This document shows positions 18,963 to 28,647 of a stretch of 64,000 nt of DNA, piece by piece. This stretch comes from Actinomycetales bacterium (GTDB lineage: Bacteria; Actinomycetota; Actinomycetes; Actinomycetales; Angustibacteraceae): positions 3,559-67,558 of the forward strand of contig JBBQGB010000008.1 in NCBI GenBank assembly GCA_038322575.1. Direction: 5' to 3'. The first letter of the stretch is position 1, and each line of letters begins with the position of its first letter. Both the position numbers and the translations under genes were made by a program. Under the pieces are notes generated by a model, which made no database searches, was not told the DNA's origin, and was given only the letters and a program-made list of their open reading frames with translations.

Positions 18963-19814
18963 TCACGGGCTCGTGCCCGCCGGAGCCGTCGCCCAGTTGG
19001 CCAGCAGCGGCAAGACCCGGGCTGTCGGTGAGTCGGGCTCGACGGTGTAGACGACGAGGCGTTGATCCGGGTCGTTCGGCCCGATGACCGACTCGATGCC
19101 GAAGCTGAGGGGCCCGGCGACCGCATGGGTGACGTGCTTGGTCAGCGAGGTCCGGAAGGTGACCCGCTGGTCTTTCCACCAACGGTCGACGTCCGGGTCG
19201 GCGTGGCGCAGCTCGTCGACCAACGCGGCGAGGCGTTGGTCGTCCGGGCGGCGTCCGACCTCGTAGCGCAGCGCCCCCACGGCGGACGCGGCGAAGTCAG
19301 CCCAGTTCTTGATCCGCTGGCGGGCAGCGGGATCGAGGAACAACCACCGGACGAACGACGCTCCAGGTTCCGCCGGCCAGCCGAGGACCTCGCGCAGCAG
19401 ACGGTTGCTCGCCAGGACCTCCGAGCGGCGCCCGAGCAGCAGCGTCGGGACGTGGTCGAGCACATCCATCAGCCTCAGCATCCCGGCGTCGGCACGGGCC
19501 GGCAGGTCAGGCGCAGCTCGCCGCCGCCTGGCGATCGGCGCCGCGAGGTTGCGCAGGTGCTCAGCCTCGACGTCGTCCAGCTGCAGAGCACGCGAGAGCG
19601 CCTCCGCCACGTCATCGGTGACGGTCTGCTGCCGGCCCTGCTCCAGACGGCTGTAGTAGTCGGGGCTCAGCCCGGCGAGGATCCCCAGCTCCTCCTTGCG
19701 CAGACCCGGCACCCGACGCGCTCCCGGGAACGGTTTGATCCCGGCCATCGTCGGAGTGAGTCGGTCGCGGCGAGAACGCAGGAACGCGCCCAGCGGGGAA
19801 CGATCGGTCGGCAT
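18963..19814 (-). CDS. XRE-family helix-turn-helix transcriptional regulator (MmyB-like)
   Basis: ATG at 19814. The N-terminus LGAFLRSRRDRL...GLRKEELGILAGLSPDYYSRLEQGR is the typical HTH_31/MmyB-like pattern. It is divergent from an SDR gene, a common pairing. Confidence 0.8.
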   Translation of the reverse strand: MPTDRSPLGAFLRSRRDRLTPTMAGIKPFPGARRVPGLRKEELGILAGLSPDYYSRLEQGRQQTVTDDVAEALSRALQLDDVEAEHLRNLAAPIARRRRAAPDLPARADAGMLRLMDVLDHVPTLLLGRRSEVLASNRLLREVLGWPAEPGASFVRWLFLDPAARQRIKNWADFAASAVGALRYEVGRRPDDQRLAALVDELRHADPDVDRWWKDQRVTFRTSLTKHVTHAVAGPLSFGIESVIGPNDPDQRLVVYTVEPDSPTARVLPLLANWATAPAGTSP

Positions 19815-19916
19815 GCTCACGAGCGTAGGTGCCTGAGGCGTCGTCAGCCTGGGCACGTCGGGCCTAGGCACAGCTCGTCCTTGTACCGCCGGCCGCGGAC
19901 CTGTCGACTGGGACTC

Positions 19917-20672
19917 ATGACCCTCTCCACCACCACACGCACTGTCCTCGTCACCGGTTCCACCAGCGGCATCGGCGCAGCTACCGCACGCACGCTCGCC
20001 GCCGCCGACTGGCACGTCGTGGTCACCGGGCGCAACAGGGCCCGCGGTACCTCCGTCGTGGACGACATCACCGCGGACGGGGGCTCATCGGTCTTCGTCC
20101 CCTCCGACCTGACCGCCACCCCCAATGAGCTGCGGGCCTTCGCCGCGGTCGCGACCGCGGCCGCCGGCGGCCGGCTCGACGCCGTGGTGCACAACGCCGC
20201 GCTGTGCCCGGCTGTCGACACGCCGTCGCTGACCGACGCCGACCTCGAGGCGACGCTCGCCGTCAACGTGCGTGCACCGCACGTGTTGACCGCCGCGCTC
20301 GCCCCGGCCATGGCTGCCCGCGGCACGGGCGCCATCGTCGTCATCGGATCATGGATGGCACACGTGGGCCACGCGTTCGTCGGTCTGTACTCAGCGACCA
20401 AGGCGGCCGAGATCCAGCTGGCACGCAGCTGGGCTGCGGAGTTCGGGCCCAGTGGAGTGCGCGTCAACACTGTGTCCCCCGGTGCCACCCGCACCCCGAT
20501 CAACTCGGCCGATGACGACGTGATTGCCCAGATGACGGCCCGGACGCCTGCCGGGCGCCCCGGCACACCCGAGGAGATCGCCGCCTCGGTCGCCTGGGTG
20601 CTCTCTACCGACGCGGCCTACCTGCACGGAGCCGAGATCGCCGTCGACGGAGGAATCACCTCGACCCGCTGA
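19917..20672 (+). CDS. SDR-family oxidoreductase
   Basis: Has TGSTSGIGAA (cofactor binding), NAA, and YSATKAA (catalytic YxxxK). 251 aa. Confidence 0.85.
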   Translation: MTLSTTTRTVLVTGSTSGIGAATARTLAAADWHVVVTGRNRARGTSVVDDITADGGSSVFVPSDLTATPNELRAFAAVATAAAGGRLDAVVHNAALCPAVDTPSLTDADLEATLAVNVRAPHVLTAALAPAMAARGTGAIVVIGSWMAHVGHAFVGLYSATKAAEIQLARSWAAEFGPSGVRVNTVSPGATRTPINSADDDVIAQMTARTPAGRPGTPEEIAASVAWVLSTDAAYLHGAEIAVDGGITSTR

Positions 20673-20841
20673 CCACCGGCGACCTGTATGCGGGCGCCCC
20701 CCGGAGTCACACTCCTGGTGGACCGCACGCGGATCGATCGACGGGTACGCCACTTGGGCCGACGATGCTTCGAACCGGACCCGGAGTCCCGGATGGGCGC
20801 CTCCAGGTTCTTTGGGTGGTCTCCCACCGAAGGAGCCGGAA

Positions 20842-21093
20842 TTGTCGAGGACGATTGATCCCGAGCTGGCCCCACAGGTCAGGGAGGAGTCCGACCGCGC
20901 CAAGGATGCCGCGCCTCCTGAGGGGGCCGCCTACACGCGGCCAAACCGGAACCGGTCACAGGTCTACTCGGTGCGACTCAGCCCTGCCGAGCATGCCCTG
21001 GTCCAGCAAGTCGCAGACGCCAAGCACCTGCCGGCATCGACATTGGTCAGGTCCTGGATTCTCGAGCGGCTCAGCCACGAGCGGCCGGCCTGA
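20842..21093 (+). CDS. small ribbon-helix-helix-like protein (hypothetical)
   Basis: TTG at 20842 lies 6 nt after GAAGGAG. The C-terminus SVRLSPAEHALVQQVADAKHLPASTLVRSWILERL resembles CopG/RHH folds. An alternative start is at 20812. Confidence 0.45.
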   Translation: MSRTIDPELAPQVREESDRAKDAAPPEGAAYTRPNRNRSQVYSVRLSPAEHALVQQVADAKHLPASTLVRSWILERLSHERPA

Positions 21094-21219
21094 CTCGCGT
21101 GGTCAGGGTGCGCCCTGACTTGATTGAGACCGCGTCTATGCAGTGCCAGTCGGGCCGAAGAGGCCGAGGGCATCGATGGTCATCCACCTCCGAGGCGGGC
21201 GTGCGGGAAACGATGGGGT

Positions 21220-21861
21220 TCATCGCCGGAAGGTCACGTGGATGGTGCCGCTCTCAGCCGTCTCGCTGGTCACGGAGAAGTCGTGTTGGAGCATCCTCAG
21301 GTCGTCCCACAGCCGCTCGCCTCTTCCCAGCACGATCGGCGCCATGGCCACGTGGAGATGGTCAACCAGGCCGGCCAACAGGAACTCGCGCACGACTCCG
21401 GTGCCGCCGCCGATCCGCACATCGTGACCACCCGCTGCCGCCTGGGCCTGCTCCAAGGCCTCGGTGGGGGTTTCCGAGAGGAACTCGAACGTGGTCCCGT
21501 TGGGGAACGTCACCGCTGGGCGAGGGGCGTGGGTCAGCACGAACACGGGCACCCGGAACGGCGGGTCCTCGCCCCACCAGCCCGTCCAGTCCGGGTCGTC
21601 GGGGAAGGAGTGCAGGCCGAACATCCCGGCCCCCATGATCTCGGCGCCGACCCCTTCGAAGTAGGCCGCGGCATACGCCTCGTCCACCCCCGTCGTCCCG
21701 GCGCCGCTGGTGTCGCCCAGCACCCGCTGGCGGAAGGTGCGGGTCGCGGCATACGCCGCGGTCAGATGCCCCCAGTCCGCACCCATCGGCATCTCCGGCG
21801 TCGGGTCGGTCGGCGAAGCCACACCGTCGAGAGAGATGTTCAGGTCAGCGCGGACCGCCAT
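21220..21861 (-). CDS. dihydrofolate reductase family protein (RibD C-terminal domain type)
   Basis: Pattern typical of RibD_C proteins: NISLDGV...MGAGMFG...VFVLTH...HDVRIGGGTGVVREFLLAGLVDHLHVAMAPIVLGRGERLW. Confidence 0.8.
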   Translation of the reverse strand: MAVRADLNISLDGVASPTDPTPEMPMGADWGHLTAAYAATRTFRQRVLGDTSGAGTTGVDEAYAAAYFEGVGAEIMGAGMFGLHSFPDDPDWTGWWGEDPPFRVPVFVLTHAPRPAVTFPNGTTFEFLSETPTEALEQAQAAAGGHDVRIGGGTGVVREFLLAGLVDHLHVAMAPIVLGRGERLWDDLRMLQHDFSVTSETAESGTIHVTFRR

Positions 21862-22116
21862 GAGGCTCCTTCAGCAGTGGAGGTTTGCCCTATGCAAGCA
21901 CTACACGCGCATCGATGCCGTCGTTGCGGCGCGTCGTTGGTCCTGCTACGCGACGTACTCGCCCTGAAATCGTCGGGCTCGTCGACTCTTGACTGGGGTT
22001 GCGCTTCGCACCTGCCTACCCAATCCCCCAACACCCACACGGCCAAACTGAGTGCCCGGTGCTCGCCGATGGCGCGAATGCCTACCGCCAGTCCGGGAAC
22101 GCCGGTCCTGGTTTGG

Positions 22117-22512
22117 CTATCGCTGTGACTGGACCTTGCGCCAGCCACCGGCACGGTTGTTCGCGATCACGGCGCGAAACAACTCAGCCAAGGCAGCCTC
22201 GTCAAGCTCGTCGCCGGGGCGTACCTGGATCCCGCGTGCGGTCGCGTTTCCCTGGCCCTGATTGATCAGCCCGTGCGGGTCGGGCGCGATCGGATCGTAG
22301 ATGAAGACATTGAGATGGTCCTTCGCGCCGAGTAGGGCGCAGATGTTGCCGTCGAGAACGAAGTACGGCTGCGTTCGTCGCTTGATGACCTCCTCCACGG
22401 CGGGGTCTGCTTCGTGAACGAGCCGCCGAACGGTCTTGGCCACTTCCCTCTGCCACGGTTGGAGCGCGGCGATGTACGCATCCACCTGATGGTTCGCCCG
22501 TCCCCCGGCCAT
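22117..22512 (-). CDS. DUF1801 (YdhG-like) domain protein
   Basis: 131 aa. VDAYIAALQPWQREVAKTVRRLVHEADPAVEEVIKRRTQPYFVLDGNICALLGAKDHLNVFI is the characteristic DUF1801 pattern. Confidence 0.7.
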   Translation of the reverse strand: MAGGRANHQVDAYIAALQPWQREVAKTVRRLVHEADPAVEEVIKRRTQPYFVLDGNICALLGAKDHLNVFIYDPIAPDPHGLINQGQGNATARGIQVRPGDELDEAALAELFRAVIANNRAGGWRKVQSQR

Positions 22513-22915
22513 TCATCGAGGCTACCGCGCTGCAGATCGGGAGCACCAGGATCCTCGCGCCGTGGGCATGACCGCGACGACCCAACCCGCGACACTCCAC
22601 CGCGTTCAGGGTCGCAAAGCAGGTGTCGGTCCCCGACGCTTCCCGTCACCGCGCCGAACGCGAGCGCCCTTGACGAAGCTGTCAAGGGTGGGGTCGTCCG
22701 ACGATGTAGCACTCTCATGATGCAGTTCCGTCGGGCAGCAGCGCCGTTAGCACAGTCACACCACCGCGATCCGCACGCATGAGTCCACGGACGGGCGTCT
22801 GACCTTCGGGCGCACCCTGGTGCGACGGTCGATCAGGCAGTCAGGCGGTGTTCAGGTGACCTTTGTGAGGGTGAAACGTAGAGCGTTCCGTCCCTCAAGC
22901 CCAGGAGATCGTCTG

Positions 22916-23773
22916 ATGACCGACACCACCACGCACCGCACTACTGCCCGGTTCATGTTGTCGAAAGTCCCGGAGGTGACGGTCTGGTTCTGGGTGATCA
23001 AGGTGCTGTGCACCACGGTGGGTGAGACGTTCGCCGACAACCTGAACACCTCCCTCGGCCTGGGCCTGAGCGGGACGTCGTTGGTGATGGGTGCGCTGCT
23101 GGTGGTCGTGCTGGTGCTGCAGCTGCGGGCGCGCCAGTACGTGCCGGGTCTGTACTGGCTGACTGTGGTCCTGGTCAGCGTGGTCGGCACGCTGATCACC
23201 GACAACCTGACTGACAACGTGGGAATCTCGCTGGTGACCACGACGGTGGTGTTCTCGGTCGTCCTGGCGCTGGTGTTCGCCGGCTGGTTCGCGAGCGAGC
23301 GCACCCTGTCGATCCACAGCATCCTGACCACGCGCCGTGAGGGCTGGTACTGGATGGCGATCCTGTTCACGTTCGCCCTGGGCACCGCGGCTGGTGACCT
23401 GGTTGCTGAGCGGTTGGCCGTCGGGTACGGCCGTTCGGTGCTCCTCTTCGCCGTCCTGATCGCCCTGCTGGCGGCCGTCCACTACGCGCTGGCGGCGCGC
23501 CGCTCGACCCACGGGATGCGCCACGCCACCAACGCCGTGGTGGCGTTCTGGCTGGTCTACATCCTCACCCGCCCGCTCGGTGCCTCGATCGGTGACTTCG
23601 TGTCGCAGGCCAAGGCCGACGGCGGCCTCGGGCTCGGCACTACCGTCACCAGCGCGATCTTCCTGGCATCGATCCTGGCGTGCGTGGTGTACCTGTCGGC
23701 CACTCGCGTCGACCGTCCCCAGACCGACGGCGAGGCCTCGTCGGTCGCGCTTCCGGTGGCCGAGCGTCGCTGA
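22916..23773 (+). CDS. polytopic membrane protein (COG4705-like), upstream of a two-component system
   Basis: ATG at 22916 preceded by AGGAG. About 8 TM helices with internally repeated halves (FWVIKVLCTTVGETFADNL / MAILFTFALGTAAGDLV). Confidence 0.7.
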   Translation: MTDTTTHRTTARFMLSKVPEVTVWFWVIKVLCTTVGETFADNLNTSLGLGLSGTSLVMGALLVVVLVLQLRARQYVPGLYWLTVVLVSVVGTLITDNLTDNVGISLVTTTVVFSVVLALVFAGWFASERTLSIHSILTTRREGWYWMAILFTFALGTAAGDLVAERLAVGYGRSVLLFAVLIALLAAVHYALAARRSTHGMRHATNAVVAFWLVYILTRPLGASIGDFVSQAKADGGLGLGTTVTSAIFLASILACVVYLSATRVDRPQTDGEASSVALPVAERR

Positions 23774-23844
23774 CGCCGCGGGAGGTGGCTGCCTCGGGGG
23801 ATAGCCGCGTCGCCCCTAGCCGCCAGGGGAGGGACACTGTTACG

Positions 23845-24519
23845 GTGCAGGCGATCCGAGTCCTCGTGGTGGAGGATGACGCCGGACTGCGGTCGGCGGT
23901 CGTTCGGGCCCTGACCGGTGCCGACCTGCAGGCTGACGCCGTCGGCGACGCCGCCACGGCGCTGCAGCACCTGGAGCGCGGCGGCACCGACGTAGTGGTG
24001 CTGGACATCGGGCTGCCCGACGCCGACGGTCGCGACCTGTGCCAGGCCATGCGGGCCCGCGGCCTGGTCGCGCCAGTCCTGTTCCTCACGGCACGGGGGC
24101 ACGTCAGTGACGTCCTGTCCGGCTATGCCGCCGGAGGGGACGACTACCTGGCGAAGCCGTTCCACATCGACGAGCTCGTCGCTCGGGTCACCGCACTCGG
24201 CAGGCGCGCGCCGTCCCCCGGGGCCTCCCCGGCGGGCCCGGTCGTGCCGCACCTGGACCCGGGCTCTCATGCCTTGGTCCTGGGTGGTGAGCAGGTCCGG
24301 CTCACGCCGACGGAGTACCGGATCCTCGCGGTGCTGCTCGGAGCTGGCGACCGCATCGTGCGGCGTCGCGAGCTCACGGCCGCGGCCTGGCCGGCGGGGG
24401 CGCTGGTGAGTCAGAACACGTTGGACCAGTACCTGACCCGGGTACGTCGAAAGCTGGCAGCGGTGCAGGACGGCCCCACCGTTCTCACCGTCCACGGCGT
24501 CGGTTACCGCGTCGAATGA
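23845..24519 (+). CDS. OmpR-family response regulator
   Basis: GTG at 23845. The receiver domain has VLVVEDD...DVVVLDIGLPDADG...DDYLAKPF, and the C-terminal winged helix has LTPTEYRILAVLL...VHGVGYRV. Confidence 0.85.
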   Translation: MQAIRVLVVEDDAGLRSAVVRALTGADLQADAVGDAATALQHLERGGTDVVVLDIGLPDADGRDLCQAMRARGLVAPVLFLTARGHVSDVLSGYAAGGDDYLAKPFHIDELVARVTALGRRAPSPGASPAGPVVPHLDPGSHALVLGGEQVRLTPTEYRILAVLLGAGDRIVRRRELTAAAWPAGALVSQNTLDQYLTRVRRKLAAVQDGPTVLTVHGVGYRVE

Positions 24520-24549
24520 GTACCAGATGAGGATCGGAGGCAGGCTCCC

Positions 24550-25887
24550 GTGATGAGCCGTGGCCCGCGTGACCCGGGCAGCCTCAGGCACCGGGTCGCG
24601 CTGACCGCGCTCGTCGTCCTCTCCGTCTGGGTCGCCGTGCTGACCGTGGCGTTCAACCTGGTGGTCGCCTCGAGGTTGCGCGCCCAGGCCGACGACGTGC
24701 TGCGCTCTCGGGCGGAGGCCGCCGCAGCCACGGTCGAGGTCACCGGGTCCGGCACGGTCAGCATCCGCGACGTCCGCTCTGACGCCGCGATCGACGTCGG
24801 CACCTGGATCTTCGCCGGAAGTCAGGAGATCGAAGGCCCTCCTGGCGCGGGGAGTGCGTCTGCGCAGGCGGCCACACTGGCCGGGGTCGGCAACCGCACC
24901 GAACAGGTCGGAGGACGGGCAGGTGTGCTCTGGTACGCAGAGCCGGTCCTGCACCGGGGCCGCCAGGTGGCCACAGTGGTGACCTCACTGCCCCTGGCGC
25001 CGTACCGCAGCACCGAAGAGCTGACCCTCGTCGGCAGCGCCGCGTTCGCCGTTCTGCTGCTGGGCGCGGTGTACCTGGCGCTGCGCCTGGCGGTCGGGCG
25101 AGCGCTGCGGCCGGTGAACGAGATGACCCACCAGGCCGCCCGGTGGAGCGAGGACGACGTGGAGCAGCGGTTCGGTGACCAGCGGCTGCCGGCCGAGCTC
25201 GACGACCTGGCCGCGACCTTGGATCGGCTCCTCGACCGGCTGTCCTCGGTGCTCCATCATGAACGGCGGCTCAGCGCCGAGGTGTCCCACGAGCTCCGCA
25301 CGCCGCTCGCGCGAGTGCTGGCCGAGGTCGAGCTCCTGCGCACAGACGTCAGCCACCAGCCCGCGGGCCCGGCGCTGGACTCGATCCGTGCCAGCGTGGT
25401 CGAGGCCACCGAGATCCTCGAGACGTTGATGAGCGCCGCGCGCTCGGGCTACGCCGAGGACCCCGGCCGCTGCGAGGTCGCGGGCGCTGTCCGCGCCGTG
25501 ATCGCCGCCCGGCGCCAGGACCGGGTTCCGGTACTGGCGCGGACCCCAACCGCGGTCTACGCGGGAGTGGACGCCGCCGTACTGGCCCGAGCACTGGGTC
25601 CGGTGCTCGACAACGCCGTCCGCTACGCCACCTCGCGGGTCGTCGTCACGGTCCTGGCCGTCCGCGGACTGGTGCGGATCGGTGTGGCCGACGACGGCCC
25701 GGGCTTCGAGGGCGGTGACCTGGTCGCCGTGTTCGAGCCCGGCCACCGTCGATCCGATGACAGCCACCAGGGCGCCGGGCTCGGCCTAGCGCTGTCACGC
25801 AGGCTCATCACCACCTCAGGCGGCACCATCGTCGCTACCAATGACGACACCGGCGCGCGGGTGACCCTGAACCTGCCCGCGGGCTGA
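24550..25887 (+). CDS. sensor histidine kinase
   Basis: Two N-terminal TM segments, a HAMP-like linker, the H-box SAEVSHELRTPLA, and an ATPase domain with DDGPGF and GAGLGLAL. Confidence 0.85.
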   Translation: MMSRGPRDPGSLRHRVALTALVVLSVWVAVLTVAFNLVVASRLRAQADDVLRSRAEAAAATVEVTGSGTVSIRDVRSDAAIDVGTWIFAGSQEIEGPPGAGSASAQAATLAGVGNRTEQVGGRAGVLWYAEPVLHRGRQVATVVTSLPLAPYRSTEELTLVGSAAFAVLLLGAVYLALRLAVGRALRPVNEMTHQAARWSEDDVEQRFGDQRLPAELDDLAATLDRLLDRLSSVLHHERRLSAEVSHELRTPLARVLAEVELLRTDVSHQPAGPALDSIRASVVEATEILETLMSAARSGYAEDPGRCEVAGAVRAVIAARRQDRVPVLARTPTAVYAGVDAAVLARALGPVLDNAVRYATSRVVVTVLAVRGLVRIGVADDGPGFEGGDLVAVFEPGHRRSDDSHQGAGLGLALSRRLITTSGGTIVATNDDTGARVTLNLPAG

Positions 25888-25950
25888 CTGCCGCTGCCCC
25901 CCAACCTTCGAGACCTCGAACGGCGCGGCGGCCCCCGGTGGGGTCCGCGG

Positions 25951-26745
25951 TCAGGGCACGGCAGGGCCAGCCGTGGCCCTGGCACCGGGAGTGACCACGA
26001 CCGGACACGGGGCGAGCCCGGTGAGGTCGTCACTGACCATGCCGTGCAGCAGCTGGCTGAGCCTGTGGTGGACGTTGCGACCCACGACGATCAGGTCCGC
26101 GCCAGCACTGGCATCCAGCAGACCGTCCAGCGGGCCGCCATGGGTGACCTGCACCTCCGTCGGGGCGGGGCCCACGACCCGCTGTACCCACTGGTCGATG
26201 CGTTCGCGCGCCGCTGCTGCTTGTGTGGGGACCACCCGGCCGGGGTGCAGCACCTCGCGGAACGAGCCGGGGTGAACCTGCCAGACGTAGCAGACGACCA
26301 GTTTGGAGCGCCGCAGCAACGCCTCCTCCGCGGCCCACCGCAGCGCGGAGTCAGAGGCCGGCGTGCCGCACACCCCGACCACGATGCGGCCCGTCTGTGG
26401 CTGCTCGGTGCGAGGAACAACGACCACAGGGCAGGTGACGTGATCCAGACAGCTGCGGGTCAAGCGGTTGAGGTGCCCGGCGCCGTGGTGCCCACCCAGG
26501 ACGAGTAGTTCTGGGTGAAGGGCAAGGAGGACCGCTTCCGTGGGGCCGTGCACGGCGCAGGACGTTGCTGGCCCGAGGAGGTCCGGCAGGGACCTCGGGT
26601 CGAGGTCGACCGTCAGATCCAGTGGTTCGTTCCAGGCGTGCACGAGTGTGAGCGGCAGCCTTCGCAACGCGGCGGCTGTCGACGCCCATCGGACGGCCGT
26701 TCCGGAAGTGCCGGCGTGGTGCACGCCCACCACCACACCTGCCAT
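25951..26745 (-). CDS. tandem universal stress protein (two Usp domains)
   Basis: ATG at 26745. Two repeats end in ...CPVVVVP and ...CPVVVTP, with the G-x2-G-x9-G(S/M)V-type motif GRNVHHRLSQLLHGMVSDDL. Confidence 0.75.
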   Translation of the reverse strand: MAGVVVGVHHAGTSGTAVRWASTAAALRRLPLTLVHAWNEPLDLTVDLDPRSLPDLLGPATSCAVHGPTEAVLLALHPELLVLGGHHGAGHLNRLTRSCLDHVTCPVVVVPRTEQPQTGRIVVGVCGTPASDSALRWAAEEALLRRSKLVVCYVWQVHPGSFREVLHPGRVVPTQAAAARERIDQWVQRVVGPAPTEVQVTHGGPLDGLLDASAGADLIVVGRNVHHRLSQLLHGMVSDDLTGLAPCPVVVTPGARATAGPAVP

Positions 26746-26919
26746 GACCACTCCTGGCCGGCGAGCAACTGATCGCCTGATAGGAGCGTAAGTGGTGTGG
26801 CGCCGCGGAGGAAGGCTCAGCCTCCCCAGCGTCAACCACGACTCGTTCCACGGCCCGGTTGTCGCCACGCGTGACACCACCGCGAGGTGCCCGCGGATCC
26901 TCGGACTGAGACTCCGCGG

Positions 26920-27582
26920 TCAGGTGGGGACCGTGACTCGGGCGCGGCGGTAGAGCCGAGTCGCGGTACAGGTGTGGACCGCGAGGTATGCCAGCGCGGC
27001 GAGGATCAGTAACCAACCGGGCACCCCGCTACCCGTGCTCGTGCAGACCTGTGCGCTGGACGGCGCCTCAGCGCGTGTAATCATCCCGGTGCAGGCGGTT
27101 CCTCTCGCCGTCATGGGTGCAAAGATCCCGACGATCACCACGGCCGGCATCCCGAGGACGGTGTAGACGACCGAGGCCAGGGCCTTGTCGGACCGGCGCC
27201 AGCGTGGCGACATGAACACGAGGATCAGCCCGACGACGAGCAACAGGCCGGCGACGGGCACGGCGATCGCGATGATGACCGACAGGACGAGCATGGCGAG
27301 GGCGGCCGTCTCGCGACGGTTGCCGGGATTGGCAGCCGCGGAACCCCCATGCGCGACAACGCTGCCGACGGCATCGTCCACGAGGTCGGTTGGTGTGCCG
27401 ACCCGGTCGACGGCGTTGCGCACGTCGGACTCGGTCGCATCGGTGGCGATGCTTTCGCGCAGGTGTTCGCGCAGGTCGGCAACCAACTCGACGGCCTGGT
27501 CGGCTGGAAGGCGTACCGCGGCCTCATTCTGCAGGCGGGCGAGGAAATCCGTGACAAGGGGGTGTTGCCGGTCGGTCATCAT
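26920..27582 (-). CDS. membrane protein with N-terminal DUF1700/HAAS-like sensor-associated domain
   Basis: N-terminus DFLARLQNEAAVRLPADQAVELVADLREHLRE followed by TM helices. The start overlaps the stop of the upstream PadR gene (ATGA), a standard PadR partner arrangement. Confidence 0.6.
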   Translation of the reverse strand: MMTDRQHPLVTDFLARLQNEAAVRLPADQAVELVADLREHLRESIATDATESDVRNAVDRVGTPTDLVDDAVGSVVAHGGSAAANPGNRRETAALAMLVLSVIIAIAVPVAGLLLVVGLILVFMSPRWRRSDKALASVVYTVLGMPAVVIVGIFAPMTARGTACTGMITRAEAPSSAQVCTSTGSGVPGWLLILAALAYLAVHTCTATRLYRRARVTVPT

Positions 27583-27920
27583 GACGCGCCCTTCCCATTG
27601 AGGATGAGGTTGACGGAGGTGCTGAACTGCTCCCAGGCCTCCCGGAACGCCTCCACGGCGTCGGCCCCCGCCTGAGTCAAGGAGTAGTAGCGGCGTGGAG
27701 GCCCGGAGTCGGACTCGCGCCAGGTGGTGTTGACCAAGGCGTCCTTGCGCAGCCGTGAGAGCAGGGGGTACATGGTGCCCTCACTGGCGAGCAGACCGGC
27801 CGTCGACAACTCCATGACCAGGTCGTAGCCATATCGCTCGCCATCAGCCAGTAGCGCCAGCACGCAGTGCTCCAGCGCGCCCCGACGCAGCTGGGTGAGA
27901 GCCGAAGACTCCAGTGCCAT
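27579..27920 (-). CDS. PadR-family transcriptional regulator
   Basis: The sequence LRRGALEHCVLALLADGERYGYDLVMEL...GTMYPLLSRLRKDALV...RRYYSLT is the canonical PadR winged helix. Confidence 0.85.
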   Translation of the reverse strand: MALESSALTQLRRGALEHCVLALLADGERYGYDLVMELSTAGLLASEGTMYPLLSRLRKDALVNTTWRESDSGPPRRYYSLTQAGADAVEAFREAWEQFSTSVNLILNGKGAS

Positions 27921-28105
27921 GCAGTGCAAGGTAGCGCTCCCTACCCTGTGGCGCAAGGTAATCGTTCGTGCGCATCCTCATCGCTGCGGCGCTGCTGCAC
28001 GGTGCTGTGGTGGCGCCGACGACCAGATCGATGTCGATCTTGGCCTGGCTGTTCGGAGCCACGGACGCAGCGGTTGGTGCGGCTCGTCGCGATCGACGTC
28101 AGTAG

Positions 28106-28537
28106 CCGACCACCCGCTGTGGACGACGACGCCCGGCAGGTGGCCGCCACCGGGGCGCTGGCCTTCTCGGCGCCTGGCAGACCGTGTCCTGCGCCCTGGT
28201 CCTCGGCGCGCCTCTGATGCTGGGTCTGGCCCTCACCTCAGTGGTGCGGCAAACGCCCCAGGGGTCCCCGGCGCAGTGGGCTGCCTTCTGCTACCTCGGC
28301 GTCATCAGCATGTTCCTCGGGTTCTTCGCCTGGTACCGGGGGCTGGCCATCGGCCCGATGGCGCAGGTCAGCCAGGTGCAGCTGGTCCAACCCGTGCTGA
28401 GCAACACGTGGGCGGGTCTTCTGCTCGGCGAGACCCTCACGGAGGCAACCATCCTCGGTGGACCGGTCGTCGTCCTCTGCGCCCTGGGTGCCGTGCGTGT
28501 CCGGCTGGGAGGCCACGGCCACCGGCCCGTGGACTGA
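28106..28537 (+). pseudogene. C-terminal half of a DMT/EamA-family transporter (N-terminal half absent)
   Basis: WQTVSCALVLGAPLMLGLAL...WAAFCYLGVISMFLGFFAWYRGLAIGPMAQVSQVQLVQPVLSNTWAGLLLGE matches a single EamA repeat. Only ~150 bp are available upstream, and an in-frame TAG lies at 28103. Confidence 0.45.
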
Positions 28538-28620
28538 ACCCGGCGGCGAACGCCGGCCGAGTCGTGTCGCGACCAGCAGCGCGTCCAGCTGCGGATCTCC
28601 ATCACCAGTTGCGCAGAGCC

Positions 28621-28647
28621 GTATGCATAAAATATTGTGCATGCATG
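28621..28647 (+). promoter_or_regulatory. AT-rich patch with two ATGCAT palindromes 12 nt apart overlapping the start codon of the ArsR-like gene (candidate promoter/operator)
   Basis: The sequence is gtATGCATaaaatattgtgcATGCATg. It has about 30% GC in a genome of more than 70% GC and contains a TAAAAT -10-like hexamer. Confidence 0.3.

Noticed and set aside
16445-22820. Calling the lower-GC stretch a genomic island or mobile element.
   Set aside because: No integrase, transposase, recombinase, tRNA attachment site or flanking direct or inverted repeats could be found. I therefore report it only as compositionally atypical.
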